Positions 8,701 through 18,685 of a DNA stretch of 64,000 nt are shown here, in pieces. Position 1 is the first letter of the stretch, and each line of letters begins with the position of its first letter. A program made the translations under genes and the position numbers. The stretch lies in contig JBHGNT010000033.1 of the NCBI GenBank assembly GCA_043228905.1, positions 62,001 through 126,000 of the forward strand, written 5' to 3'. Under the pieces are notes generated by a model. That model searched no databases. It was given only the letters and a program-made list of their open reading frames with translations, and had not been told where the DNA came from. Source of the DNA: Azolla caroliniana. Its lineage: Eukaryota > Plantae > Polypodiophyta.

Positions 8701-11153
8701 CCCGACCGGCAAGAGACCGGTTAGCACTCGAGGATCCGGCCGAAGACGGTGAAGAAACAGAACCGGCCGAAGAAGATGAAAATGATACCGGAACCGGCCC
8801 CGATCCCGAAATGGATTCGGATGAAGAAGAATCGGAAGAACCGGTTACCGAAGCTCCGGAACGGAGATATCCTCTAAGAGAGAGAAGGGCCCCCCGGAGA
8901 TTTCCGGAACCAGAGCACGTGCTGCTAACCGACGAAGGGGAGCCGGAGAGCTTTGAAGAAGCAAAGCATGACACCCAGAGCCGTAGGTGGTTGAGTGCCA
9001 TGCAGGACGAGATGGATTCCCTGCATGAGAACCACACATATGAACTTGTGGAGTTGCCGAAAGGAAAGCGGGCACTTCGAAACAAGTGGGTGTTCAAGCT
9101 GAAACCGGGAGATGCCGGAAACCCCCCGAGATACAAAGCCAGGATCATGGTGAAGGGGTTTCAGCAGAAGAAGGGCGTCGACTTCGACGAGATATTTGCC
9201 CCGGTAGTGAAGATGACCTCCATCCGGACGGTGCTGAGCATAGCGGCAAGCATGGACCTCGAGGTAGAACAGATGGACGTGAAGATGGCATTCCTTCACG
9301 GTGACCTCGAAGAAGAGATCTACATGCAGCAACCGGAAGGATTCGAGAAGAAAGGGAAGGAGCACCTGGTATGCCGGTTGAAGAAGAGCCTTTACGGACT
9401 GAAGCAGGCTCCCCGGCAATGGTACCGGAAGTTCGACTCCTTCATGACCGACGAAGGGTACCACAAAACGCAGTCTGATCACTGCGTGTTTGTGAAGAAG
9501 TTCAAAGGAGGAGACTCTCTAATACTTCTCCTGTACGTGGACGACATGTTGATCGTCGGACGGGACCAGGTCAAGATACGGGCGCTGAAGAAAGCGCTTC
9601 ACCGAACCTTCTCAATGAAGGACCTGGGTCCGGCGAGGCAAATACTAGGGATGCACATCATCCGGGACCGGAAGAAGAAGCAGTTGTGGCTGTCACAGGA
9701 GAAGTACGTGACAAAGGTGCTTCACCGGTTCAACATGTCGGAAGCAAGACCGGTCGGGTCAACCCTCCCGGCAAACTGCAAGTTGTCCAGCAAGCAAAGC
9801 CCCAAGACAAAGGCTGAGAAGGAGGACATGATGAAAGTACCATATGCCTCTGCCGTCGGAAGCTTGATGTACGCAATGGTGTGTACAAGACCGGACATAG
9901 GATATGCAGTTGGAGTGGTGAGCCGGTACATGAGCAATCTCGGCAAAGAGCACTGGAACGCGGTCAAGTGGATACTCCGATACCTGAAGGGCACGGCAAA
10001 CGTGTGCCTCCGATTCGGCTCCGGTAAGCCCGAATTCGACGGCTTTACCGATTCGGATATGTCGGCTGATGCAGATACCAGCCGGTCCACATCAGGGTAT
10101 GTGATGACGTATGCAGGTGGAGCTGTTTCGTGGCAGTCGAGGCTGCAGAAGACGGTTGCGCTGTCAACCACGGAGGCGGAGTACATGGCGGCTGTTGAAG
10201 CCGGCAAGGAAATAATATGGATGAAGGACTTCATTAGAGAGCTCGGTATCCGGCAGAAGGAGTACCGACTCTACTGCGATAGTCTGAGTGCCATCCACCT
10301 TGCGAAGAACGCGGCCTACCATTCCCGGACGAAACACATCCAGCGTAGATACCACTGGATCCGGGAAAGAATAGAAGACAAGGAGTTCGTGCTGACGAAG
10401 ATCCACACGGACGAGAACGGGTCGGATATGCTGACCAAGGTGCTCACACCCGACAAGCTGGAAGCATGCCGGAAGAGGATCGGGTTGGAGAGACATCCCA
10501 TACCGAAGTGAAGGGGGAGTTTGTTGGGATTTCGGTCCCTCCGGATGGGATGTCCGGAGATGAATGACGGCAAGCCCGGAGGCTGTTACGGAACCGTATG
10601 ATGAAGAGTACCCGGCATGAAGCCGGATGAAGAGTACCCGGTTACGGAGTCGGATGCTGAAGACCCCGGTTACGGAGCCGGATGACGTATGTACCCGGAG
10701 AGAGATCCGGATGCGGGGACATATCTGTGAATATGTTTGCCAAGGGCCCTTGAGGCTATATTTGTAAATAGCCCGAAAGTCATATGTGTATAAATATGAC
10801 TTAGGGCAAACAGTTTTTGTTGTTGCTCATTTCCACTAAGAGGGAGCGAAGTGAGAGCAGCCGAGAGAGAGTGAGAGAGAAAGAGGAAGGAAGAGGTCGA
10901 CGCCTCTGTGTAATACCGCCGCCTGTGGCGAGGACAGCGAGCTCAAGGTCGTCGCCTTGCAGCTCGCCATTGTACATTCCCGCATATAGTGATAGTTGGA
11001 GTCTTGCACTCCCGTGGTTTTTCCCATTTAGGGTTTTCCACGTAAAACATCCAGTGTACCCTTCTCTCTATTGTTTTTCGGGCATTATTGTATTTCCCGT
11101 TTTCTGTGAATCGATCCTGTTCCTCGGTTGTGGCCGAGCACGGAATTTCGACA
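5775..11153 (+). mobile_element. Full-length Ty1/copia LTR retrotransposon 'B'; LTRs 5775-6406 and 10522-11153
   Basis: Perfect TSD CAGTT (5770-5774 / 11154-11158); 632-bp LTRs with 5 differences by eye; PBS TGGTATCAGAGC (6410-6421); PPT GAAGGGGGAG. Confidence 0.98.
6438..10511 (+). CDS. Uninterrupted Gag-Pol polyprotein of element B (~1357 aa)
   Basis: ATG at 6438 after the PBS. Contains CFHCGKPGHFRKNC knuckle, WVVDSGES protease, WHKRLCH/CTDC zinc finger, integrase core, LYVDDML RT and RNase H (STTEAEY, TKHIQRRYHWIRE). Confidence 0.95.
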   Translation: MEGGSSGQPGMMVLNAQNYADWKIKMEDLLIVRDLYEPIDRSEIPKGVLETEWRLLNRKAVATIRQYVDVSVLQHVANDTNAYEMWRKLSGLYERKNALNRTSLMRKIVNLKYRDDESMVEHVSTFMGFVNQLAAIKFPLEDAMQAIILMCTLPDSWENLVVTLSTSCTEDNLSLQTVKTSILNEEARRRDKEPVSDSKALLTESERGRQWNRSPQRREKSGTRSQSRGRPTCFHCGKPGHFRKNCRHYRKDNGADDTDSKKSPDRNGAYRGATDRRGPDRRGQDRKGTTALAASEEEIMLITEEGELNIAGDETTWVVDSGESFHLTPESRYFSSYTAGEHGCVRMGNEGTCRIAGIGDVWLTTPTGCKLLLKDVRHVPEVRLNLISAGRLDDEGYTGSIRNGVMKFSKGSLIVARARKVNTLYLMNAWLCPEELNVAADTAGELWHKRLCHMSEKGMKRLAEDNLIPVKHVHLEKCTDCLAGKQNRTSFHSRPPTRRSAPLELVHTDVCQVETKSHGRAQYFVTFIDDHSRKLWTAPLKTKDQVLSVFKELHARVERESGKKLKAIRADNGGEYRGQFAEYCHSKGIRLEFTVPKTPELNGLAERMNRTIMERVRSMLAHAKLPKGFWAEAMSTATYVINRSPSVPLDGDTPQRVWTGREVSYRHLKVFGCLAYVHVAKDRRGKLDPKTRPCIFLGYGDDEFGYRVWDPVDKKIFRSRDIIFMENKTLADWESEKKMKSSRSTGEDQLYEEQSRPARDRLALEDPAEDGEETEPAEEDENDTGTGPDPEMDSDEEESEEPVTEAPERRYPLRERRAPRRFPEPEHVLLTDEGEPESFEEAKHDTQSRRWLSAMQDEMDSLHENHTYELVELPKGKRALRNKWVFKLKPGDAGNPPRYKARIMVKGFQQKKGVDFDEIFAPVVKMTSIRTVLSIAASMDLEVEQMDVKMAFLHGDLEEEIYMQQPEGFEKKGKEHLVCRLKKSLYGLKQAPRQWYRKFDSFMTDEGYHKTQSDHCVFVKKFKGGDSLILLLYVDDMLIVGRDQVKIRALKKALHRTFSMKDLGPARQILGMHIIRDRKKKQLWLSQEKYVTKVLHRFNMSEARPVGSTLPANCKLSSKQSPKTKAEKEDMMKVPYASAVGSLMYAMVCTRPDIGYAVGVVSRYMSNLGKEHWNAVKWILRYLKGTANVCLRFGSGKPEFDGFTDSDMSADADTSRSTSGYVMTYAGGAVSWQSRLQKTVALSTTEAEYMAAVEAGKEIIWMKDFIRELGIRQKEYRLYCDSLSAIHLAKNAAYHSRTKHIQRRYHWIRERIEDKEFVLTKIHTDENGSDMLTKVLTPDKLEACRKRIGLERHPIPK

Positions 11154-14100
11154 CAGTTCGGGGAAAAGAGACCGGACAAAATCGACGCCGCGATATGGGA
11201 GGTGATGCACATGAAGACAACGGCGTACATACGGTGCTTCATCGACATGAGCCTGTACAACAACTTCAATGAAGAGAGTAAGGCTCATGAGCTCTGGGAG
11301 AAGATCGGCACAATGTTCCAGAACAAAAATGCTGTCAATCAGGCGTCGGTATTCCGGAAGCTTGTAAGACTCTGGTACCAAGATGGCCACAGCATGGCTG
11401 AGCATATGAATGCCTTCCAGGGGCTGAGTCACCAGGCAACGTCATTGGAAGTACCTCTTGCCGATGAGGTCCTAGCGCTACTCCTGCTCGGTTCCCTCCC
11501 GGATAGCTGGGAGACGTTGGTTGTCACTTTGGGCAACGCCGGGCCGGAAGGAAAACGGCTATCCCTAGCAAGAGTAAAGTCGAGCTTGCTAGATGAGGAG
11601 GCTCGTCGGAAAGACAAAGATACGAGCTCCGACTCCAAAGCGCTCCTTACCGAATCGGAACGCGGAAGACATAGAAACCGTAGTCCCCAGAACCGGGAGA
11701 AGTCGGGGACACGATCAAAGTCAAGGGGGAGGCCGACTTGCTTCTATTGTGGCAAGCCGGGACACTTCCAAAAGAACTGTCGGCATTTCCGTAAAGACAA
11801 GGAAACCGACGGTACCGATTCGAAGCAAACCCCGAACCGGAACGGTACAGACCGGAACGGTAAAGACCGGAGGGGGCCGGACCGGAAGGGAACGACGGCA
11901 ATTGCGGCAAGTGAAGAGGAGTTGATGCTCATCACCGAGGAGAGTGAGATAAACCATACCGGCGATGAGATGACCTGGGTGGTAGACTCCGGAGCGTCGT
12001 TCCACCTTACCCCGGACCGGAAATGCTTCTCATCCTACTCAGCCGGTGATCACGGCTGTGTCCGGATGGGGAATGAAGGAACATGCCGGATTGTCGGCAT
12101 AGGAGACGTGTGGCTGACAACACCAACCGGATGCAAATTGCTGTTGAAAGATGTCCGACACGTTTCGGAAGTTCGTCTGAACCTGATATCAGCCGGTCGG
12201 CTAGATGATGAAGGCTACACGGGTAGCATCCGGAATGGCGTCATGAAGTTCAGCAAAGGGAGCCTGATTGTGGCTCGGGCCCGGAAGGTAAACACATTGT
12301 ACCTGATGAATACCCGGTTATGTCCGGAAGAAGTGAACGTGGCTTCCGACACTGCCGGTGAGCTGTGGCACAAGAGGCTATGTCACATGAGTGAGAAGGG
12401 GATGAAGAGGCTTGCAGACGACAACCTCATCCCAGTGAAGAACGTGCATTTAGAGAAGTGCACTGATTGTCTGGCCGGTAAGCAGAACCGGACCTCTTTC
12501 CGACCAAGGCCACCGATGAGACGTAATGCACCACTGGAGTTGGTGCATACGGATGTTTGTCAAGTAGACACGAAGTCACATGCCGGAGCGCAGTACTTCG
12601 TGACGTTCATCGATGACCACAGCCGGAAGCTGTGGGCCACACCGCTGAAGACGAAGGATCAGGTGTTATCCGTCTTCAAAGAGCTCCACGCGAGAGTGGA
12701 AAGAGAAACCGGCCGGAAGCTGAAGGCGGTTCGAGCAGATAACGGAGGTGAGTACCGGGGGCAGTTCGAGGAGTACTGCCGCTCGAAGGGAATCCGACTC
12801 GAATTTACCGTGCCGAAGACGCCGGAACTAAACGGACTGGCCGAGAGGATGAACCGGACCATAATGGAGAGGGTCCGGAGTATGCTAGCGCATGCAAAAC
12901 TACCCAAGAAGTTTTGGGTTGAGGCACTGTCGACGGCGACATATGTGATAAACAGATCACCCTCAGTACCCTTGGACGGAGACACGCCACAGAGAGTATG
13001 GACCGGTAAGGAAGTGTCCTACCGGCATCTGAGGGTGTTCGGGTGTCTCGCGTACGTGCATGTAGCAAAGGACCGGAGAGGAAAGCTAGATCCAAAGACC
13101 CGGCCATGCATATTCCTCGGTTACGGTGACGATGAGTTCGGCTACCGAGTGTGGGACCCGGTCGACAAGAAGGTATTCCGGAGTCGAGACATTATCTTCA
13201 TGGAGGACAAGACGCTCGCCGACTGGGAGTCGGAGAAGAAGATAATGAACTCCGAGTCGACCGGTAAGGATAGACTCTACAATGAGCAGACCCAACCGAC
13301 AAGAGACCGGTTAGCACTCGAGGAACCAGCCGGTTACGGTGAGGATACCGAACCGGCAGAAGAAGAAGTAGAGGAAGCTGAGACCGGAACCGGTCAAGAC
13401 CCCGAATCGGATTCGGATGAAGAGCAAATGGAGGAACCGATTACCGAAGTCCGAAGACGTAGATATCCTCTCAGAGAGAAAAGGGCGCCCCGGAGATTTC
13501 CGGATGCAGAGCATGTCCTGCTGACCGATGAGGGGGAGCCGGAAAGCTTCGAAGAAGCGAAGGTTGACACCCACAGCCGAAAATGGTTAAGTGCCATGCA
13601 GGATGAGATGGATTCCCTGCATGAGAACCATACGTACGAATTGGTGGAGCTGTCGAAAGGAAAGCGGGCACTCCGAAACAAGTGGGTATTCAAGTTGAAA
13701 CCGGGAGATGCCGGCAACCCCCCGAGATACAAAGCCAGGATCGTGGTGAAGGGGTTCCAGCAAAAGAAGGGCGTGGACTTCGACGAAATATTCGCCCCGG
13801 TAGTAAAGATGACCTCCATCCGGACGGTGCTGAGTATAGCAGCAAGCATGGATCTCGAGGTAGAGCAGCTGGACGTGAAGATGGTATTCCTTCACGGCGA
13901 CCTCGAAGAGGAGATCTACATGCAGCAACCGGAAGGATTTGTGGAGAAAGGGAAGGAGCACCTGGTATGCCGGTTGAAGAAGAGCCTGTACGGACTGAAG
14001 CAGGCTCCCCGGCAATGGTATCGGAAGTTCGACTCCTTCATGACCAATCAAGGGTACCACAAGATGCAGGCCGATCACTGCGTGTTTGTGAAGAAGTTCA

Positions 14101-16823
14101 AAGGAGGGGACTTCCTGATACTCCTCTTGTACGTGGATGACATGTTGATCGTCGGACGAGACCAAGGAAAAATACGGATGCTGAAGAAGGCTTTCAACCG
14201 GACCTTCTCAATGAAGGACTTGGGTCCGGCAAGACAGATGTTGGGGATGCACATCATTTGGGACCGGTCAGTGAAGCAACTATTGCTGTCACAGGAGAAG
14301 TATGTGACAAAGGTGCTTTACCGATTCAACATGTCAGATGCAAAACCGGTCGGATCGACACTTCCGGCAAACTGCAAGTTGTCCGGCAAGCAAAGCCCGA
14401 AGACAAAAGGAGAGAAGGCATATATGATGAAGATTCCATATGCCTCTGCCGTCGGGAGCTTGATGTACGCAATGGTGTGTACCCGACCGGACATTGGATA
14501 CGCAGTCGGAGTGGTGAGCCGGTTCATGAGTAATCCCGGCAAGGAGCATTGGAACGCGGTCAAGTGGATACTCCGGTATTTGAAGGGCACTTCAAATATG
14601 TGTCTCCGATTCGGCTCCGGAAAACCTAAACTGGATGGTTTCACCAATTCGGACATGTCGGCTGATGTGGATACCAGCCGGTCTACATCCGGGTATGTGA
14701 TGACGTATGCAGGGGGAGCTGTTTCGTGGCAGTCGAGGCTACAGAAGACGGTTGCATTGTCAACCACAGAGGTGGAGTACATGGCGACTGTAGAAGCCGG
14801 CAAGGAAATATTATGGATGAAGGACTTCATCGGAGAGCTCGGTATCCGGCAAGAGGAATACCGACTCTACTGCGACAGTCAAAGTGCCATCCACCTTGCT
14901 AAGAATGCGGCCTACCATTCCCGGACGAAGCATATCCAGCGGAGGTATCACTAGATCCGGGAAAGGGTAGATGACCAGGAGTTCGCACTGACGAAGATCC
15001 ACACGGCCGAGAACGGGTCAGATATGCTGACCAAAGTGCTGACACCCGACAAGCTGGACGCATGCCGGAAGAGGATCGGGCTGGAAAGACACCCCATGCC
15101 GGAGTGAAGGGGGAGTTTGTAGGAAGACAGGTCCCTCCGGATGGGAAGGGAGAAGAACAATGCCGAATGAGGAGAACCCGACTTCGGAGAGTCGGATGGT
15201 GTAGGCCCGGTATGAACCGGATGAGGAGTACCCGACTGCTGAGAGTCGGATGGTGCAGGCCCCGACTTCGGAGAGTCGGATGGTGCAAGCCCGGTATGAA
15301 CCGGATGAGGAGTACCCGACTGCTGAGAGCCGGATGGAGCCCATCGAGGCTACATTTGTAAATAGCCAAAAAGTCATATTGGTATAAATATGATTTAGGG
15401 CAAACTTTTTGTTGTAATTCTTTCTTGTTGGTGCAAGAAGAAATCTGTGCGCGTAACTGTATAGAGAGACAGAGAGAGAGAGAGAGACACGAGGTCGTTG
15501 CCTCTGTTGTAACCGCCGTCTGTGGCGAAGATCTGAGAGCACGAGGTCGTTGCCTCGGTGATCTCACTGTTGTATATTTCTTCATAGTGACAGTTTGCAG
15601 CTTGTGGGCTTCCGTGGTTTTTTCCCCTAGTTTGGGGTTTTCCACATATACCTCCTGTGTACCATTTTTCCTCTTTTGTGTCGCGTTTTCATTACCTGTT
15701 TTTTCTGTGTATGTAAATAATCTCGGTTGTGGCCGAGCGTTGGACATAAGGAACCTCGAGTTCTCAACAGTCGTTCACGTTCATCTTCATCCCTTCCAGT
15801 TGGAAGCATCATCTGTCTTCATCATCGCCTTTGCTTCTAGAGTTACCATCATCACCGTCCTTGTTTTCGGAGTTACCATCATCAACATCCTTCTCTTCAA
15901 CAACATCATTTTCAACACCTCTTCACCCAAGCTTCATCCTCACCAACACTACTTTGTATGGTCTTTCATCATCATCATTGTTACACCCTCTTCATTGTCA
16001 TTGTTATCATCTATAGGCATCATTTTGTATCACGATTTTGTTGAGGATTGCTTTCAATCGATCACCTTCCCAGTTCCGGTGGGGGTCACAACCGCTCACT
16101 TTCCCAATGGGAATCGGATCATTGCTCGCTTGCACTCCATTTTCATTTTAGTTCAAGTCTCGCTCCACTTTCCTTTGGCGAGGACCGATTTCGATCGTTC
16201 ACCTTCTAGTTTCAGTGGGGGTCACAACCGCTCACTTTCCTGGTGGGGATCACGTTCTGTTTCATGCTAACGCCCTCTCATGATAGAAGAAGTCAAGTCG
16301 GCGTCTTCATCTACACCCTTTCACCTGGTGTTGTTCTAGTTCCCATTGAGAACCACATGGTCGCTCACGCCCGTTGGTGTTCATGTTCCCGATGAGGACA
16401 ACACGTGGTTGCTCACGTTGTTCATGTTCCAGTTCCTGGTGAGGACCACATGGTTCCTCACGCCTGTTCTTGTTCCCGATGAGGGCCACACATCGTCACT
16501 CACGCCCGTTGATGTTCTAATCTCCATTGAGGACCTCACATGGTCGCTCAGATTCATTCGTGTTATTATTTCTTGTCAGGGCTCGCTCAGTCATCAATCC
16601 ACTTTGGTTTTGTACTTTAGCTCACCCTTGCACCATGAAACTTTCGAAAAGGCGATCGTAAAGGGGAGGATAATGTCACGGACGGACATGACAACGGTCA
16701 TGGCAAGATTTAAACTCTTGACCGCTTATATTATAGTCAATTGTTATACTCTAACCATCATATCCAAATACATGATCATGTTATGAAAATCTTAGTAGAT
16801 TATTAGTAGATTATCTATTCTAA

Positions 16824-16896
16824 GTTCTAGGAGATTTTTGAAATTTCTAGAACGAGAAGGTTCTAGAGGGTTCTAGAATATTCTCCAGAATATTCT
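16824..16896. promoter_or_regulatory. Heat-shock element array in U3 of element N 3' LTR
   Basis: tGAAatTTCtaGAAc...aGAAggTTCtaGAGggTTCtaGAAtaTTCt, upstream of TATAAATA (~16920). Confidence 0.65.
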
Positions 16897-18082
16897 AATG
16901 CATGTGCTTCATCTCACAATATAAATACTTGTAACCTCCTTGGTCCCTTTCAAGGGATTCAACACCAATCATTGACACATGAATCTAGTATTCTCGTTTC
17001 CCCGTATCTTCTCTCCTTTATTTACATATTTGTCTTATGCTCTAATGTCATTCCTAGCTTCTTAAGTTCCTCGTAGCCTTGTCATTTGTGCTTTGTCCAA
17101 GTCCACGGTTGGTGTGTCCGTGACAAATTGCAACATCTACCACAAATCGGCAATGTTGATTCGACTCGAGGGGTCCACAAATGCCAACTAGGTCGACTAC
17201 AAAACGGATAGAATATCGACTTCTGAATTCATCTTCTCCCTCGGTAGCGGAGCCATATCGTGGAGAAGTAAGAAGTAGCCGACAATCTCACTATTTAGCA
17301 CAGAGGCCGAATCCATTTGGCTTAAGAGGATATTGAAGGATCTGAACATCTACATTGCAGATCCAATCCTCCTATACTAAGATAACCTCAACAGTATTCG
17401 TCTAGCACGGAACTCGATGTTCCACGCTTAGACAAAGCACATTGAGGTGCATTACCACTTCATCCGAGAATGTGTCCTGGCCAGAGATGTCAACCTACAA
17501 CATATTGACACTAACCTTCAAATGGCCAACATCTTCACAAAAGCCCTCGGAGCCAACAAGCTTCGGCAATTCACGTTGGATCTTAATCTGTCAACTTCCG
17601 ACTTGCCAAGTTTGAGGGGGAATAAACTTGCGCCCAAAGCAGAATGAGATGGCATCATCATCAAACCGGACTCGGACGAAGCCAAATAAACAAAGGAGGA
17701 AGTAGAGTGAACTGGCCTTCACAACCGAAGTCCAAGCCGACCCGGATATTAATTGATGAAAGTCAATTGTTCGTTGATCAGATGTTGAGCTTGAAGGGGC
17801 GTGTTGAGAATCAAACTCAACTTCCCTATGGTGTGAACACACTTTAAGAATATTTAAGTGTGTGAACCCCCCACTACCATGTAACATAACTAATGTTTCA
17901 TAAGACCTAACTTCTACGTTACATAGTTAGTAGGTAGGTAGTTAAGTCCCCACCTCTTTCCCAAGAGTTAGTAAGAGAATGTAGAGAGAAAGTGACTATA
18001 TAAGCACTTTCTCCTCTCCTTTGTAATAAGTTGGTTGTTATTTTCTTGTGAATGCAGTTTTCTTGTTTTCTATCTTTGCCAA

Positions 18083-18128
<46 letters not shown>

Positions 18129-18348
18129 TACACACACGCACATCTATTCCGTTGCACAAAATCATATACTTGATTCTTTACATTTGAAACCTTAATCATA
18201 TTGGATTGTTGTTAGTATGATGGGGTTAGTGTGAGAGGTCCTAGTTTAAGGGTGCCAATTAAACACATTATAGATGATAAGAGAATGGATTAAATTTGTG
18301 ATACTACAATAGACATACACGATTATTTGACTAAGCCTAACCTACAAA

Positions 18349-18685
18349 CGGCCTCACGATGGGCTTTTATCATAAGATTGTGACCCATGGCTTATTTCAT
18401 GGATATAGTGGTTGTTAGTGGTGACATCGTCCAACAATTTGTTCTCTAAAGGGTAGACATTGCAACTTCAATGATTAGTTATTTCACTCTCATGTCGTAT
18501 ATTGTTCTTTGTGCAACTACCATCGGCCTCATGATGGGCTTTTATCATAAGGGTGGGACTAACGACTTATTTCAAGGATACAACAAATGGTGCTACCATT
18601 ATCCAATGTTGTGTCTCAAGGATAGAAAATGCAACTTAAATGATTAGTTATTTCACACTCATGTTGTATATTGTCTCGATGCAAG
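18349..18685. repeat. Diverged tandem duplication, ~175-bp unit x2
   Basis: CGGCCTCA.GATGGGCTTTTATCATAAG...TGATTAGTTATTTCAC.CTCATGT occurs at ~18349 and ~18524. Confidence 0.75.

Larger units (their letters stand above)
5662..15107 (+). pseudogene. Gag-Pol of element A (5662-5774 joined to 11159-15107), disrupted by B and a TGG>TAG stop at 14952-14954
   Basis: MDESFGGMFKLTGSNY...PVQF|GEKRP continues in frame across the insertion. Contains CCHC knuckle, WVVDSGAS protease, integrase, YVDDML RT and RNase H; natural stop at 15105-15107. Confidence 0.93.
4980..15769 (+). mobile_element. Ty1/copia LTR retrotransposon 'A' (Tnt1/Tork-like); LTRs 4980-5631 and 15118-15769; interrupted by element B
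   Basis: 652-bp LTRs with 3 differences by eye; PBS TGGTATCAGAGC (tRNA-iMet, 5634-5645); PPT GAAGGGGGAG (15106-15115); TSD GTCAT/GTCGT (4975-4979 / 15770-15774). Confidence 0.97.
3534..17125 (+). mobile_element. Non-autonomous LTR retroelement 'N' (~2.8 kb without nested inserts); LTRs 3534-3986 and 16674-17125; self-complementary PBS
   Basis: Perfect TSD AATTG (3529-3533 / 17126-17130); TGTCA...TGACA termini; 453/452-bp LTRs; PPT AAAGGGGAGGA (16660-16670). The internal region has no recognisable gag/pol and is a duplicated ~0.9-1 kb unit. Confidence 0.9.
3450..18182 (+). mobile_element. Old Ty1/copia remnant (RT end, RNase H, PPT, 3' LTR 17802-18182), related to the 31209-37593 element; split by the 3534-17125 insertion
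   Basis: 3450-3533 reads ...HLDCAKQVLRYVSGTMNC and resumes at 17131 (NIYHKSAMLIRLEG...SGAISW...KHIEVHYHFIRE...NIFTKALG). PPT TTGAAGGGGCG; LTR TGTTGAGAATCAA...TTCTTTACA resembles the LTR of 31209-37593. Confidence 0.85.

Noticed and set aside
8687-14830. Antisense ORFs shared by elements A and B (e.g. two 170-aa ORFs)
   Set aside because: Explained as shadows of conserved GC-rich pol codons; no independent evidence of coding.
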